Shown: one piece after another, positions 31,201-37,038 of the stretch | Numbering within the stretch: position 1 is the stretch's first letter | Layout: each line of letters starts with the position of its first letter | From: Clostridiales bacterium Firm_09 | Lineage (GTDB): Bacteria; Bacillota; Clostridia; Christensenellales; DTU072 | DNA length: 64,000 bases | Assembly (NCBI GenBank): GCA_001604065.1 | Contig: LVAO01000012.1 | Span: 45,571-109,570, forward strand | Reading direction: 5' to 3' | The notes under the pieces: generated by a model | Database searches by the model: none | What the model was told of the DNA's origin: nothing | Seen by the model: the letters and a program-made list of their open reading frames with translations, nothing else | Position numbers and translations under genes: made by a program

Positions 31201-33615
31201 GTTGACCGAATCATACCACTGATAAGCGGGCACACTGCCGGAGAAACCGGTATTGCCGAAAATATATCCGAACAAGCCTTCGGAAGTTCCTGCCTTGGCT
31301 TTGGAGCTGCCTACAAAAGGTAACGTGAGCGACGAGAGCATGGCGCATCCGTCAAAGGCATTGCTGCCTATCCATGTGACGTTCTTTGAGAGAGTCATCT
31401 CCGTGACAGAGGTATTGGCAAAAGCATAGCAGCCGATGGAACGTACGGAATTTCCCAGCACGATAGAGGTCAGCGATACACAGTTGCTGAAGGCGTAGTT
31501 GCCCAGTGTATTCACTCCGGAAGGAACCGTGAAGCTCGTAGTATTTCTTCCTTGGGGAAATTGAATCAGGCTGGTCCCGCTTTTGTTGTAAAGCGCGCCG
31601 TCCGTACCCGCCGCATACAGCATATTCTCTTCATCGACAATGATGTCTGTCAGCGACTCACAGCCTCTGAAGGGAGCGTTGCCGATAACGCCGACGCCCT
31701 TGGGCACCGTAAAGCTTACAAGCGAAGCGCAATTCAAAAAGGTCTCGGCTTCAATATTCTGGATCGACGGCGGCAAGTGGATTGCCGTGAGGTTGCGGCA
31801 ATTTTCAAAAGAATTGCTTCCCAGTCTGCGGATGCCGTCATGCAGCGCTACCATTGTCACGGACTGATTGTTTTTGAATGCGTTGTCCGAAATGGATATT
31901 ACGGGTCGACCATTGTAGGAAGAAGGTATATATACCTCCGCCTCCACGCCACTGTATCCGGTAACGCTGTACGTGTTGTCCTGCAGAAGAGTGTATTTGA
32001 GCCCCTGCGTGCTTTTTTCTGTATAGGAAGCAAGCAAGGTGAACTTCCCGTTCACAGCCTCATCATAGTCAATCGTCCAGCGTTGGGGCGCAAACGGAAC
32101 ACCCTCATGCGTCCAGCCTGCGAAATCATAGGCAAACCGTACGGCTCTGATGTTGCTCAGACGATACAGAAAATCCTCGTCATACGCTACTTCAATATAT
32201 TCCGCTTCTGAAGGTATCCCTTCGATAGAGGCGTCTTCTGCTTCCGCAGAAAAATACAATTTATATGTTTTGGGAATCAGATATCCTTTGACGCTGATAT
32301 CGGAATCCGGCATATTTGCCGGCAGCCCAGACCATCCCGAAAACGTGTAGCCCGTTTTCTCCGGTGCGTCGGGAATCTCTTCCTCAAGAATCGGGGATTG
32401 ATAGGTATACGTCAACCTGGCGTATTCCTGCCCGTCCAAAATAAAGATCACATAAAAAACATCGGTGAAGAAACCATAAATTTCTATATTCTCATTGGGC
32501 ATTGTCACGGGAGCGCTTCCGCTTTCTGCGTTCAGCCAGCCGGAAAAACGGGCTCCCGGTCTGACGGGCGCAGGAAGGTAAGAAATGGGTGTGCCGTAGG
32601 CGGCAGTCCGCACGTCATACATCACACCGTCCACAAAATAAGTAATGGAATATTCCAGCGGGGTAAGACTGCCGTACACATTCAGGTTCTGCGCCGGCAT
32701 CGTTTCCGGAAGGACGGAGCCGTCATTCAGTTTCCAGCCGGAGAAGGTGTAGCCTTCTATGCTGAGAGGCGCCAATACCCCTTCCAGCGGCGCACCGTAC
32801 GGATAGGTCAGCACAACGGGTGTATGATCGGGTGCATAGGGACTCCCGTTCAGATAATAGACAAGCTGATAATTGTTGACGGTCCATTTTGCATATAAAC
32901 GGAGATTGCCCGTAGTTCCTGCAGGAATCGCGGTCACCCTTGTCCTGTATTCTTCTTCCGCATACCAGCCGTCAAAGGTATAGCCGGTTCTTGTTGCGTT
33001 CTGAAGTGTGATGCGTCCTGTTTCAACATTATAAACGGCAGGATTTGAGGTGATGCCTCCGCCCAGATTGTATACAATACTGTAATTTATCAGGCGCCAT
33101 CTGGCGGTCAGCGTGACATCTTCTTCCGGCCAGAAAGGAAATTCTGTTTTTACGGTATCATTTTCGCTCTTGTACCAGCCTAAAAACTGGTATCCTGCAC
33201 GCGAGGTGACAGGCTCTGTCTCAATGACCTCAACATCCTCAAAAGTCGGCACTTCGCTGCCGCCGTCGGCAAAAAAAATCACATCCGGTTTTTCTTCGGG
33301 TTCCGGCGGCTGCGTCTCTTTTTCCCATTTTGCATAAACCGTCTTGTTTTCGTAAATACCGGTCTGAAGAATGAGCGTCAAAGAAACAGGCTGGTTCCAG
33401 ACATCCTTATCAAAATACCATCCCGCAAACAAATATCCTTCTTTGGAGGGCTCCGGCGGAAACGCAAGTTCTGAAGTACCATCCAGAACGATGACCGTAT
33501 TTTCTCCTCCTCCCTGCGTGTCAAACGTCAGAGTGTACACCTCGGTCGTGTCGTTGCAGGCCGCAAGACCAACGGCCAGACAAACAGCCATAAGGATAAA
33601 CAGGAGTTTTTTCAT
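22285..33615 (-). CDS. Giant (3,776 aa) surface lipoprotein: N-terminal Listeria-Bacteroides (Flg_new-like) repeats followed by >3,200 aa of BspA-type leucine-rich repeats
   Basis: A single uninterrupted ORF with GGAGG RBS. The signal MKKLLFILMAVCLAVGLAAC carries lipobox LAAC. There are seven G(Y)xF.GW modules. After that the BspA/LRR_5 signature (IP.SVt.IG..AF.gC..L.si) recurs throughout. There is no C-terminal TM or LPXTG. Confidence 0.88.
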   Translation of the reverse strand: MKKLLFILMAVCLAVGLAACNDTTEVYTLTFDTQGGGENTVIVLDGTSELAFPPEPSKEGYLFAGWYFDKDVWNQPVSLTLILQTGIYENKTVYAKWEKETQPPEPEEKPDVIFFADGGSEVPTFEDVEVIETEPVTSRAGYQFLGWYKSENDTVKTEFPFWPEEDVTLTARWRLINYSIVYNLGGGITSNPAVYNVETGRITLQNATRTGYTFDGWYAEEEYRTRVTAIPAGTTGNLRLYAKWTVNNYQLVYYLNGSPYAPDHTPVVLTYPYGAPLEGVLAPLSIEGYTFSGWKLNDGSVLPETMPAQNLNVYGSLTPLEYSITYFVDGVMYDVRTAAYGTPISYLPAPVRPGARFSGWLNAESGSAPVTMPNENIEIYGFFTDVFYVIFILDGQEYARLTYTYQSPILEEEIPDAPEKTGYTFSGWSGLPANMPDSDISVKGYLIPKTYKLYFSAEAEDASIEGIPSEAEYIEVAYDEDFLYRLSNIRAVRFAYDFAGWTHEGVPFAPQRWTIDYDEAVNGKFTLLASYTEKSTQGLKYTLLQDNTYSVTGYSGVEAEVYIPSSYNGRPVISISDNAFKNNQSVTMVALHDGIRRLGSNSFENCRNLTAIHLPPSIQNIEAETFLNCASLVSFTVPKGVGVIGNAPFRGCESLTDIIVDEENMLYAAGTDGALYNKSGTSLIQFPQGRNTTSFTVPSGVNTLGNYAFSNCVSLTSIVLGNSVRSIGCYAFANTSVTEMTLSKNVTWIGSNAFDGCAMLSSLTLPFVGSSKAKAGTSEGLFGYIFGNTGFSGSVPAYQWYDSVNVVRYYLPASLAEVTLTDTYEVPYGAFSGCTGINSVTLEITNYIDEKAFFGCSGLTQVLFARSLTGIGNDAFNGCIALENLVLPASLTYVGNYAFHNCPAAATYESAAFSRDGYDYVVLEYGDVGMTDAAYILEYTRTLSDNMVVPERLDIPETVSIGKAFQYKTGMYTISLPSGITKLDRNAFEGCGYLAIYAKGASKPEVWTDRWDDPAIYWNVGYNDIFYENNFNYYVVNNKAIITRYTGTAESLIIPKTMSDGTPVTSIGKYAFAGNNHLQSVTIYENITVIERGAFAGCTNLMYISVDGLNSKYSSDANGVLYDKFGTLLLQYPAGSTASEFTVPATVKTIAQEAFAYSRLQRISFTNTLTTAEAGAFRNCAALTQVIDFNITSVSNIAEKLFFGCENLISLTLPSKIISIAGSAFEGCAALAFVNGTSGARLAGFNSLTSIGNAAFKGCSSLSVLTLPSSLTEIGYYAFADCSHLSNVQVPDSVLAIGNAAFAGCSGLTIIKLSAKLARVSSNLLYGCTSLVSLTLPFTGSAAYVSGTEDAVLGYLFGYSRTQPAEGVYTLQYYAPGKSAYYFIPAGLQEVILTNAKNLPYGAFSNMAALVNVEIGKALLTAEENVFKGCGALESFVLPFVGASRTAEGEEAILGYLFGNDSAGITQVFGEGRQGTYAIPQLKSIEITDAVNIRRGAFYNMSSLTEIALNANIASIGEEILCGCDNLKTLVIPFVGSSRNAAGTPDAVFGYLFGQGTSGIEQNYSLTESAVYNIPAGILRVELTGADIIPYGAFSNTSIAQIIINDGIEAIGEAAFACNAALASFVVPNSVLTIGREAFGECTGLHAVSLGRTRTIGDYAFFETALASLVLPESVVSIGDYAFAGITALRTIDISLYNSSLTTIGNYAFRGDDGLEIIALPNSLTLIGEGILAGCTSLRRVSVPFAGAYASATGTREAMFGYIFGGFNTASTTAVVQCCVGIEETFYIPDSLTTVIITNAVQVGGGAFSRLSGITIALNEGITVVRRYAFYEADINSLSMPASVVAIEEEAFLSSSFSSITFPLASRLKTIEKRAFADNASLGAINIPASVETIGEEAFLGASALVSVTFASGSVLNEIGKSAFRGDAALAYMQFPASLLRIEEDAFSGCLSLAGVSFANGAQLVSAGAGAFRNTAIQTIALPATTVSLGNEIFASSQLKTVTFGGESSALSSIGDFAFAGSMLTSIEIPSGVRSIGLNPFLNTPVASLSLSGYRTGYKVVNNILYSIDGTILISYPQSLSAVSFAVPDSVTRIESYAFEGNPSLKNVTLPSGLLSIGKNAFQSCGELVSVSFGANPRLLVIEENAFENCVSLAAFPLPQSLIRIGRRAFSSTALTAIQLNDASELVYIGDYAFSGCSALADVRLPVSFKELGEGVFAHCGALTAFNLNSLSALAEIPDYTFLGCGLLTVGIPANVKTIGKEAFSLCSSLSAVAFAANGALTEIEEGAFSYCYLGSLVLPDTLSVIGKDAFAGCANLKSLTLPFIGASVQAIGENARIKYVFGNTVNGIETLVIRNTGEEISLSANVFESFDALKNVTFGDGVVWVEEGILNGLPIESLYLHFAGASASATGRDGLLGYLFGFDSTPGAGKILQRYSDTETIYAWIPATLTAVTLDSASGYGVLSGISSLTTVTVNDGAALGKNLIAGCTSLSSLTLPYPGASASAMGAEGKISYLSGGTLSALAVLRLTAVEILTENALDAVCALTSLSIAGTLTEMPEGLLANCTSLVDLTLPFVGKSAGAVHQEGLLGYLFGFKESPTAHTVAQAVFSSGVPTYYYSEIPATLNRVTLERPISISNGSFSNVTSLQTVAASGNIAVGDNAFYGCVNMQAFVLNGAAKLLSVGDYAFAGARFESVVISAGVTDIGAHAFEGCGSLTSVMFEVGSQLVSVGSNAFYGCTVLQNISLPEGVLSVGNNAFGNCFALSSARIPSSVNSIGSDVFAGCVNLTSLSVPFLGPDKTGAANPATDNIAYLFGAIPMSVSALTLTSATYLAANALQGSLISALSLNEGILQIGNHALSGVPLNTLVLPASVLSIGDYAFFNSGLRSFSAASGSLLSTVGSHAFEGCSLLADVVLPDSVTYIGAGAFTGALLNVRLSVPFIGASRTASGANAVLGYFFGASASGVTQKYAPNASAVYAIPPTLKNVYVTSAVNIGYGAFSGCGELTLISVNSAAESLGQLSLEGTTRLETLTLPYPGNAAAASGNMAIMRYLYGDASDSGIGNVKTLHITAAQVIASSAFAGMTGLVQVTLNNGINSIAQGAFAGCTNLQSMTVPYIGSRMMPSESTPEQFLLGYWFERKTASGSGITAQVYMNVTEQNYYAVIPLGLTNITVTSAYKLGYGALSYLASLTSVVVNSSLTEFGQNVFKGSNALETITVPFIGRTRTTTQDAEMRLTYLFGSTPTSLKVINVTGATKIGANAFANNTRITTIVLNEGITAIGNNAFLNMTSLVSVNMPSTLRTIGSYAFSGCTGLSSIHFQGGVLTTISERAFANTAVNTFVIPDSVTTLGEGVLAGCMHLESLTTPFVGMSRTATGQNALLGYMFGIQSSPGTQTTAQIYTESNNVIYTILPDHLYELRITSSSALGYGALYNCAEITSLTLNSGLQTIGRLAFANCSGLESIILPDSVTNIAFAAFSGCSSLKSMVLPFAGTSRTETGATALFGYVFGTVDASVSGATVQYFDAASSRIYYIPDLLESITLTSASSLGYGVFCNMTRVRSIVINEGLSAIPQKAFYNCASVTALTIPQSVTTIAAGALEGMSSLVSISLPFAGTSPSATGDSAQFGAIFGTATGYDVNVYRQAGTQNYYRIPFSLRYVTLTVSTQVKAYAFAGCEGIAAITFARAQTAIGDYAFAGCAGLAAFYGDLSALISIGEGAFENCRSFLGVDLTQAQFLEYIGSRAFAGCSNLAFLIFPDNLANLPPDILDGSGLKL
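22690..31330 (-). repeat. Coding periodic super-module (17 copies, ~178-aa period) inside the LRR region
   Basis: The motif L.(L/V)PF(V/I/A)G.S....G.....LGY(L/I)FG...(Q.Y)...YY.IP..L..V.LT.A..I.YGAFS recurs 17 times. The first copy is LTLPFVGSSKAKAGTSEGLFGYIFG (P766, nt 31320). The last is ISLPFAGTSPSATGDSAQFGAIFG (nt ~22780). Confidence 0.75.
32017..33540 (-). repeat. Coding tandem repeats: seven Flg_new-like ~70-80-aa modules (aa ~26-533 of the giant LRR protein)
   Basis: Anchors seen: YLFAGWYF, YQFLGWYK, YTFDGWYA, YTFSGWKL, ARFSGWLN, YTFSGWSG, YDFAGWTH. Several end in ..Y(A/G)KW. Confidence 0.7.
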
Positions 33616-33678
33616 ACCAGACTACCTCCAGCGGGACGCTACTTAATCTATCTCATATAAACGCGCATACGTATATAC

Positions 33679-33714
33679 ATTATACATTCTACATATTTAA
33701 GCAGTCAAAGTCAA
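33679..33714 (-). promoter_or_regulatory. Candidate tandem promoters of the giant LRR gene
   Basis: On the minus strand: TTGACT (33714-33709), 17 nt, TAGAAT (33691-33686). A second pair overlaps it: TTGACT (33708-33703), 18 nt, TATAAT (33684-33679). Confidence 0.4.
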
Positions 33715-33894
33715 TACGCAAATGCAAATAGAATCCCGTAAAGCTATTTGACTGCCCCAACAACACCAACCGGATTCGACGCAAAAAAATCTGTGTTTTT
33801 TGACGATACGACGCCCTTTATCGTCGTGCGGTTGTTTGACACGCAACAGAAAAAATGGTATACTTATGTTAATTTCGGAAAATCGTTCCGCACA

Positions 33895-36018
33895 ATGGAA
33901 TATAATATGGAAAAATACAAAAAATTTACCTCAAAGAAAGCAAAGAAACGCCTTCCCCGCCTTGCATTGGGCATTCTGACCCCCATTTTATGTCTTATTC
34001 TCATTCTCGTTTGCTGGGTCGCGGGAGATCTTATAATCAACATGCAAATTGAAGCCGCGCCGCGCCGAGTCTCCGATCCTTCCTTATATGACGGCACAGA
34101 ACTTCTGCAGATGGTATGGCTCTATGGGAACAAAGGGCAGACCAATGAGACCTTCTCTCTTAAAATGGAAGATATCACCGCAGAGAGAGTATTCAATGCG
34201 CTGCCCGGGTACATCCGATATCTGGAAGAAAGGCTTGACTGTGCCGATTTCAGGGCTGTTTTCTTGTTGAAGCTTTTATTTGACGGCGGCGAAGATCTTG
34301 ATGCCCTCTCTCCTCTTATACGTCAAAAAATTGGGGCGGCTTTGACCGGCTTCAAGTTCTGGATTACTTCGCCGGGCGCAGACAGCATGTGCTATTATTC
34401 AGAGAACCATCAGATTAATTTTGCCGTCATCGAATATCTGACAGGCCAAGCATTTCCCGATGCGGTATTTGCCGTCGACGGCAAAACCGGCGCCGAGCAT
34501 GTCCGGATTGCGGCAAAACGGATAGAAGACTGGCTCGACATGCGCTTCCTTTACGGTTTTTCGGAGTGCTTTTCGGCCAATTATTATGTGGTGGACATTG
34601 CCGCGCTCACCATGCTGCTTGCTTATGGCAACCGTGCGGACGGCATTCTTATGGAGCGGGCAAAAATGGCGCTTGATCTGATCTTTGCTGATTTTGCGCT
34701 CCAGATGTATGATTACACCTTTGTCAGTCCTTCCGGGCGCGCATACCAATACAACAATCTGTGCTGGGAAACCTCCGACGCCGCGCGAATTGTCGACCAT
34801 GTCTGGAATCTGAACAGAATCCAGGACAATCGTTTCAACTATTATCTTATCACTTCGGTGGTCAACAATAATCTTGACCTTCTCGCATCCGGAAGCACGC
34901 CGTATTACAAAATTCCCGAAGTGATTCTGGAACTCGGCAGGAGCAACGAAAAAATCGTCCGCACCTCTACGGGTCTGAACCTTTCCGATCTGGATGCGCA
35001 CGGACTTCTGGGGCAAAGCGACCGCCAAATGATGTTCCAGTTGGGCATGGGCGCTCTCTCCAATCCGGAAATCATCGAAAACACTTTGGATTACATCAAC
35101 AAATACAATCTGCTCACCAATCAGTTTTTAACAAATTTCAAATATTTCAACATCAAAGCCATACGTTATTCCGGCCTGATGCCCGTTATGTCAAAATGGG
35201 TGAATCCCTATATCAACGGCTTTGCCAACCAGGAATACAATGTTTATACATACATAAAGAATTCCTACAAGCTTTCCACCAACCAGGCATATTTTCCGGG
35301 TTCCTTCGGTTCGCAACAGCTCCAATCGGTCGCACTTCTTCCGGGAGGGATCCCCATATACACAACCCATCCCGTTGACACCATGACCGGCACGCCCGGC
35401 TATTGGGCGGGCTACGGTGTCGCGCCCCACGCCGTACAGGAGCAGAACATTGCCCTTCTTATGTATAAACTTCCCAAAAACATTGCTTTGCTCTCAGATA
35501 AGCCTCTTCCTTACACTCATACCTACTTCCCCGAGGCGGAGTTTGATGAAGTAATGATTGACGGAAGCCGCGCTTTTGCCAGACGAGGAGATACTTATAT
35601 CGCCCTTTTGGGAAGCGGGACATTGCGCTACGCCGACCGAGACGAAGCCCGCCTGGAGGGTTTGCCGTATAAAACCGCCGGGCGCTTCGATCTGATTCAG
35701 GAAGGAAAAGAACAGGCATGGGTCTATGAGCTTTCGGATGCCTCCGAGGGCAGCTTTTCGGATTTCATACAGAGAATACGCGGCAACACCCTGCGCTTTG
35801 ACGGAGACTCTGTACGCTATATCAGCAATGCAAAAACGTATTCCGTCGAATACAAAGGTTCCTTTGCCATAAACGGTCAGACCATCCGGACGGATTACGC
35901 CCGCTACGAAAGCGACTTTGTCCATGCCGCCAAATATCAGACGACCTTTGAATATGCCTTCCATGGCAAGAGTCTTGTTCTGGACTATCCGAACGCCAAA
36001 CGCACCGTTCGCGATTAA
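33895..36018 (+). CDS. Membrane-anchored hypothetical protein, possible alpha/alpha-toroid plus beta-sandwich polysaccharide-lyase-like (heparinase II/III-like) fold
   Basis: The ORF track starts at TTG 33748. I prefer ATG 33895 (or 33907), just before the basic stretch and TM (KKAKKRLPRLALGILTPILCLILILVCWVAG). The helical N-half carries a YYSENHQ (Asn-His) motif and the C-third is beta-rich. The family call is from memory and weak. Confidence 0.6.
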   Translation: MEYNMEKYKKFTSKKAKKRLPRLALGILTPILCLILILVCWVAGDLIINMQIEAAPRRVSDPSLYDGTELLQMVWLYGNKGQTNETFSLKMEDITAERVFNALPGYIRYLEERLDCADFRAVFLLKLLFDGGEDLDALSPLIRQKIGAALTGFKFWITSPGADSMCYYSENHQINFAVIEYLTGQAFPDAVFAVDGKTGAEHVRIAAKRIEDWLDMRFLYGFSECFSANYYVVDIAALTMLLAYGNRADGILMERAKMALDLIFADFALQMYDYTFVSPSGRAYQYNNLCWETSDAARIVDHVWNLNRIQDNRFNYYLITSVVNNNLDLLASGSTPYYKIPEVILELGRSNEKIVRTSTGLNLSDLDAHGLLGQSDRQMMFQLGMGALSNPEIIENTLDYINKYNLLTNQFLTNFKYFNIKAIRYSGLMPVMSKWVNPYINGFANQEYNVYTYIKNSYKLSTNQAYFPGSFGSQQLQSVALLPGGIPIYTTHPVDTMTGTPGYWAGYGVAPHAVQEQNIALLMYKLPKNIALLSDKPLPYTHTYFPEAEFDEVMIDGSRAFARRGDTYIALLGSGTLRYADRDEARLEGLPYKTAGRFDLIQEGKEQAWVYELSDASEGSFSDFIQRIRGNTLRFDGDSVRYISNAKTYSVEYKGSFAINGQTIRTDYARYESDFVHAAKYQTTFEYAFHGKSLVLDYPNAKRTVRD

Positions 36019-36021
36019 AAG

Positions 36022-36325
36022 CTGTTAAGGACAAACTTCACAAATACCTTGGAAGGCGAAAAAAAGAAGTTTGCGATGACAGCGGATGGGAATACAGACG
36101 AAAAAGTCCGCGCGGAACAGACAGAGTATCTGTTAAGGAAACACTTCATAAATCCCACAAATCATAGGATAGGTCTGACCAAAAACAGCAAAAACCGAAT
36201 AAAAAGGCTGAATATCAGCCAAAAACCAGAGAGAAACCACCATCAGATTCCGCTATAATTTCGAAATCCGCACCTGAATATCAAAATTCATTCTGTAAAC
36301 GTGATTTGTGAAGTGGTTCCTTAAG
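36022..36325. repeat. Three copies of a 21-25-nt element (two direct, one inverted) in the rnc-proximal non-coding boundary
   Basis: Copy 1 is 36022-36046, CTGTTAAGGACAAACTTCACAAATA. Copy 2 is 36130-36154, CTGTTAAGGAAACACTTCATAAATC (21/25 identical to copy 1). Copy 3 is 36304-36325, whose reverse complement is CTTAAGGAACCACTTCACAAAT. Copies 1 and 3 form an inverted pair bracketing about 300 bp. Confidence 0.8.
36191..36220 (-). terminator. Weak candidate terminator downstream of rnc
   Basis: On the minus strand: GGCTGA-TAT-TCAGCC (36220-36206) followed by TTTTTATTCGGTTTTTG. The stem is only 6 bp and lies about 150 nt after the rnc stop. Confidence 0.4.
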
Positions 36326-36369
36326 TTTGCCCTCAAGCATTCAAGGCACATGCACGTCGGCAAGAAGCA

Positions 36370-37038
36370 TCAGATGTGTTGCTCCGTTTTTGAAAAATAA
36401 TCATACGCGGCCTGCTGCTCTGCCCTTCTTTTTGAACTTCCGACGCCGCTTCCCACCTTTTCGTCCATGATATACACAGCCGATTCAAATCCATTCTGAA
36501 CGGGCACGGTCTTGAACACCGCTTTGACGGCTTTCTGCGCGCATTTCTCCAGAAGCATGGATTTGTAATCCGTATTGACGCTGTCTTCGGAAATCCGATT
36601 TTCCAGATTGCGGAGCACAAATTTTTTACATGCCTCCATCCCGCCCCCGTCCAAAAAAATCGCCGCGGTGATTGCCTCAAACAGATCTGCCCGGACACCG
36701 ATGCTCCCGATAACCTCATCCGCAATCGGGCCGGAGGATGTCCGCATATACTCTATGACGCCGAGGCTGTCTGTTGCCGCGGCAAGCGTCTTTGTCGATA
36801 CCAGCGCCGCGCGCATTTTTGTAAGAAAACCTTCATTCTGCGCAGGATATTTATTAAAAAGGTATTCTGCAACAACAAAATTAAGGATGCTGTCGCCCAA
36901 GAACTCCGACCTCTCATAGGAATTCACACCGTGTTCGTTGGCATACGAAGCATGCGTGAATGCAGAAAACAGCAACTCCCAATCTTTGAAGACATACCCG
37001 ATTTTCTTCTGAATATCAATCAGGTCAAAATGCTTCAT
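36370..37038 (-). CDS. rnc: Ribonuclease III
   Basis: 222 aa with the signature ERSEFLGDSILNFVVAEYLF and a C-terminal dsRBD. Confidence 0.93.
   Translation of the reverse strand: MKHFDLIDIQKKIGYVFKDWELLFSAFTHASYANEHGVNSYERSEFLGDSILNFVVAEYLFNKYPAQNEGFLTKMRAALVSTKTLAAATDSLGVIEYMRTSSGPIADEVIGSIGVRADLFEAITAAIFLDGGGMEACKKFVLRNLENRISEDSVNTDYKSMLLEKCAQKAVKAVFKTVPVQNGFESAVYIMDEKVGSGVGSSKRRAEQQAAYDYFSKTEQHI

Noticed and set aside
33271-33278. T8 homopolymer (coding strand) at codons 113-115 of the giant LRR gene, considered as a slipped-strand phase-variation switch.
   Set aside because: Eight residues is short for efficient slippage. It encodes an ordinary Ile-Phe-Phe. I saw no comparable tract at the start of the other giant gene beyond the usual MKK A-run.
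22285-33615. Regular ~530-nt periodicity, considered as a CRISPR-like or satellite array.
   Set aside because: The periodicity is at protein level (LRR super-module). The copies are divergent in DNA, are all in one reading frame, and have no spacer/repeat organisation.
33748-33894. N-terminal 49-codon extension (TTG start) of the 756-aa track ORF.
   Set aside because: The extension is not protein-like and lies in the divergent promoter region. The ATG at 33895 (or 33907) immediately precedes the basic stretch and TM typical of a signal anchor.
36049-36258. 69-aa ORF in the rnc-proximal spacer.
   Set aside because: It has a TTG start and no RBS. The composition is Lys/Asn/Glu-rich and low-complexity. 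The ORF overlaps the repeat elements and the hairpin terminator, so I treat the region as non-coding.
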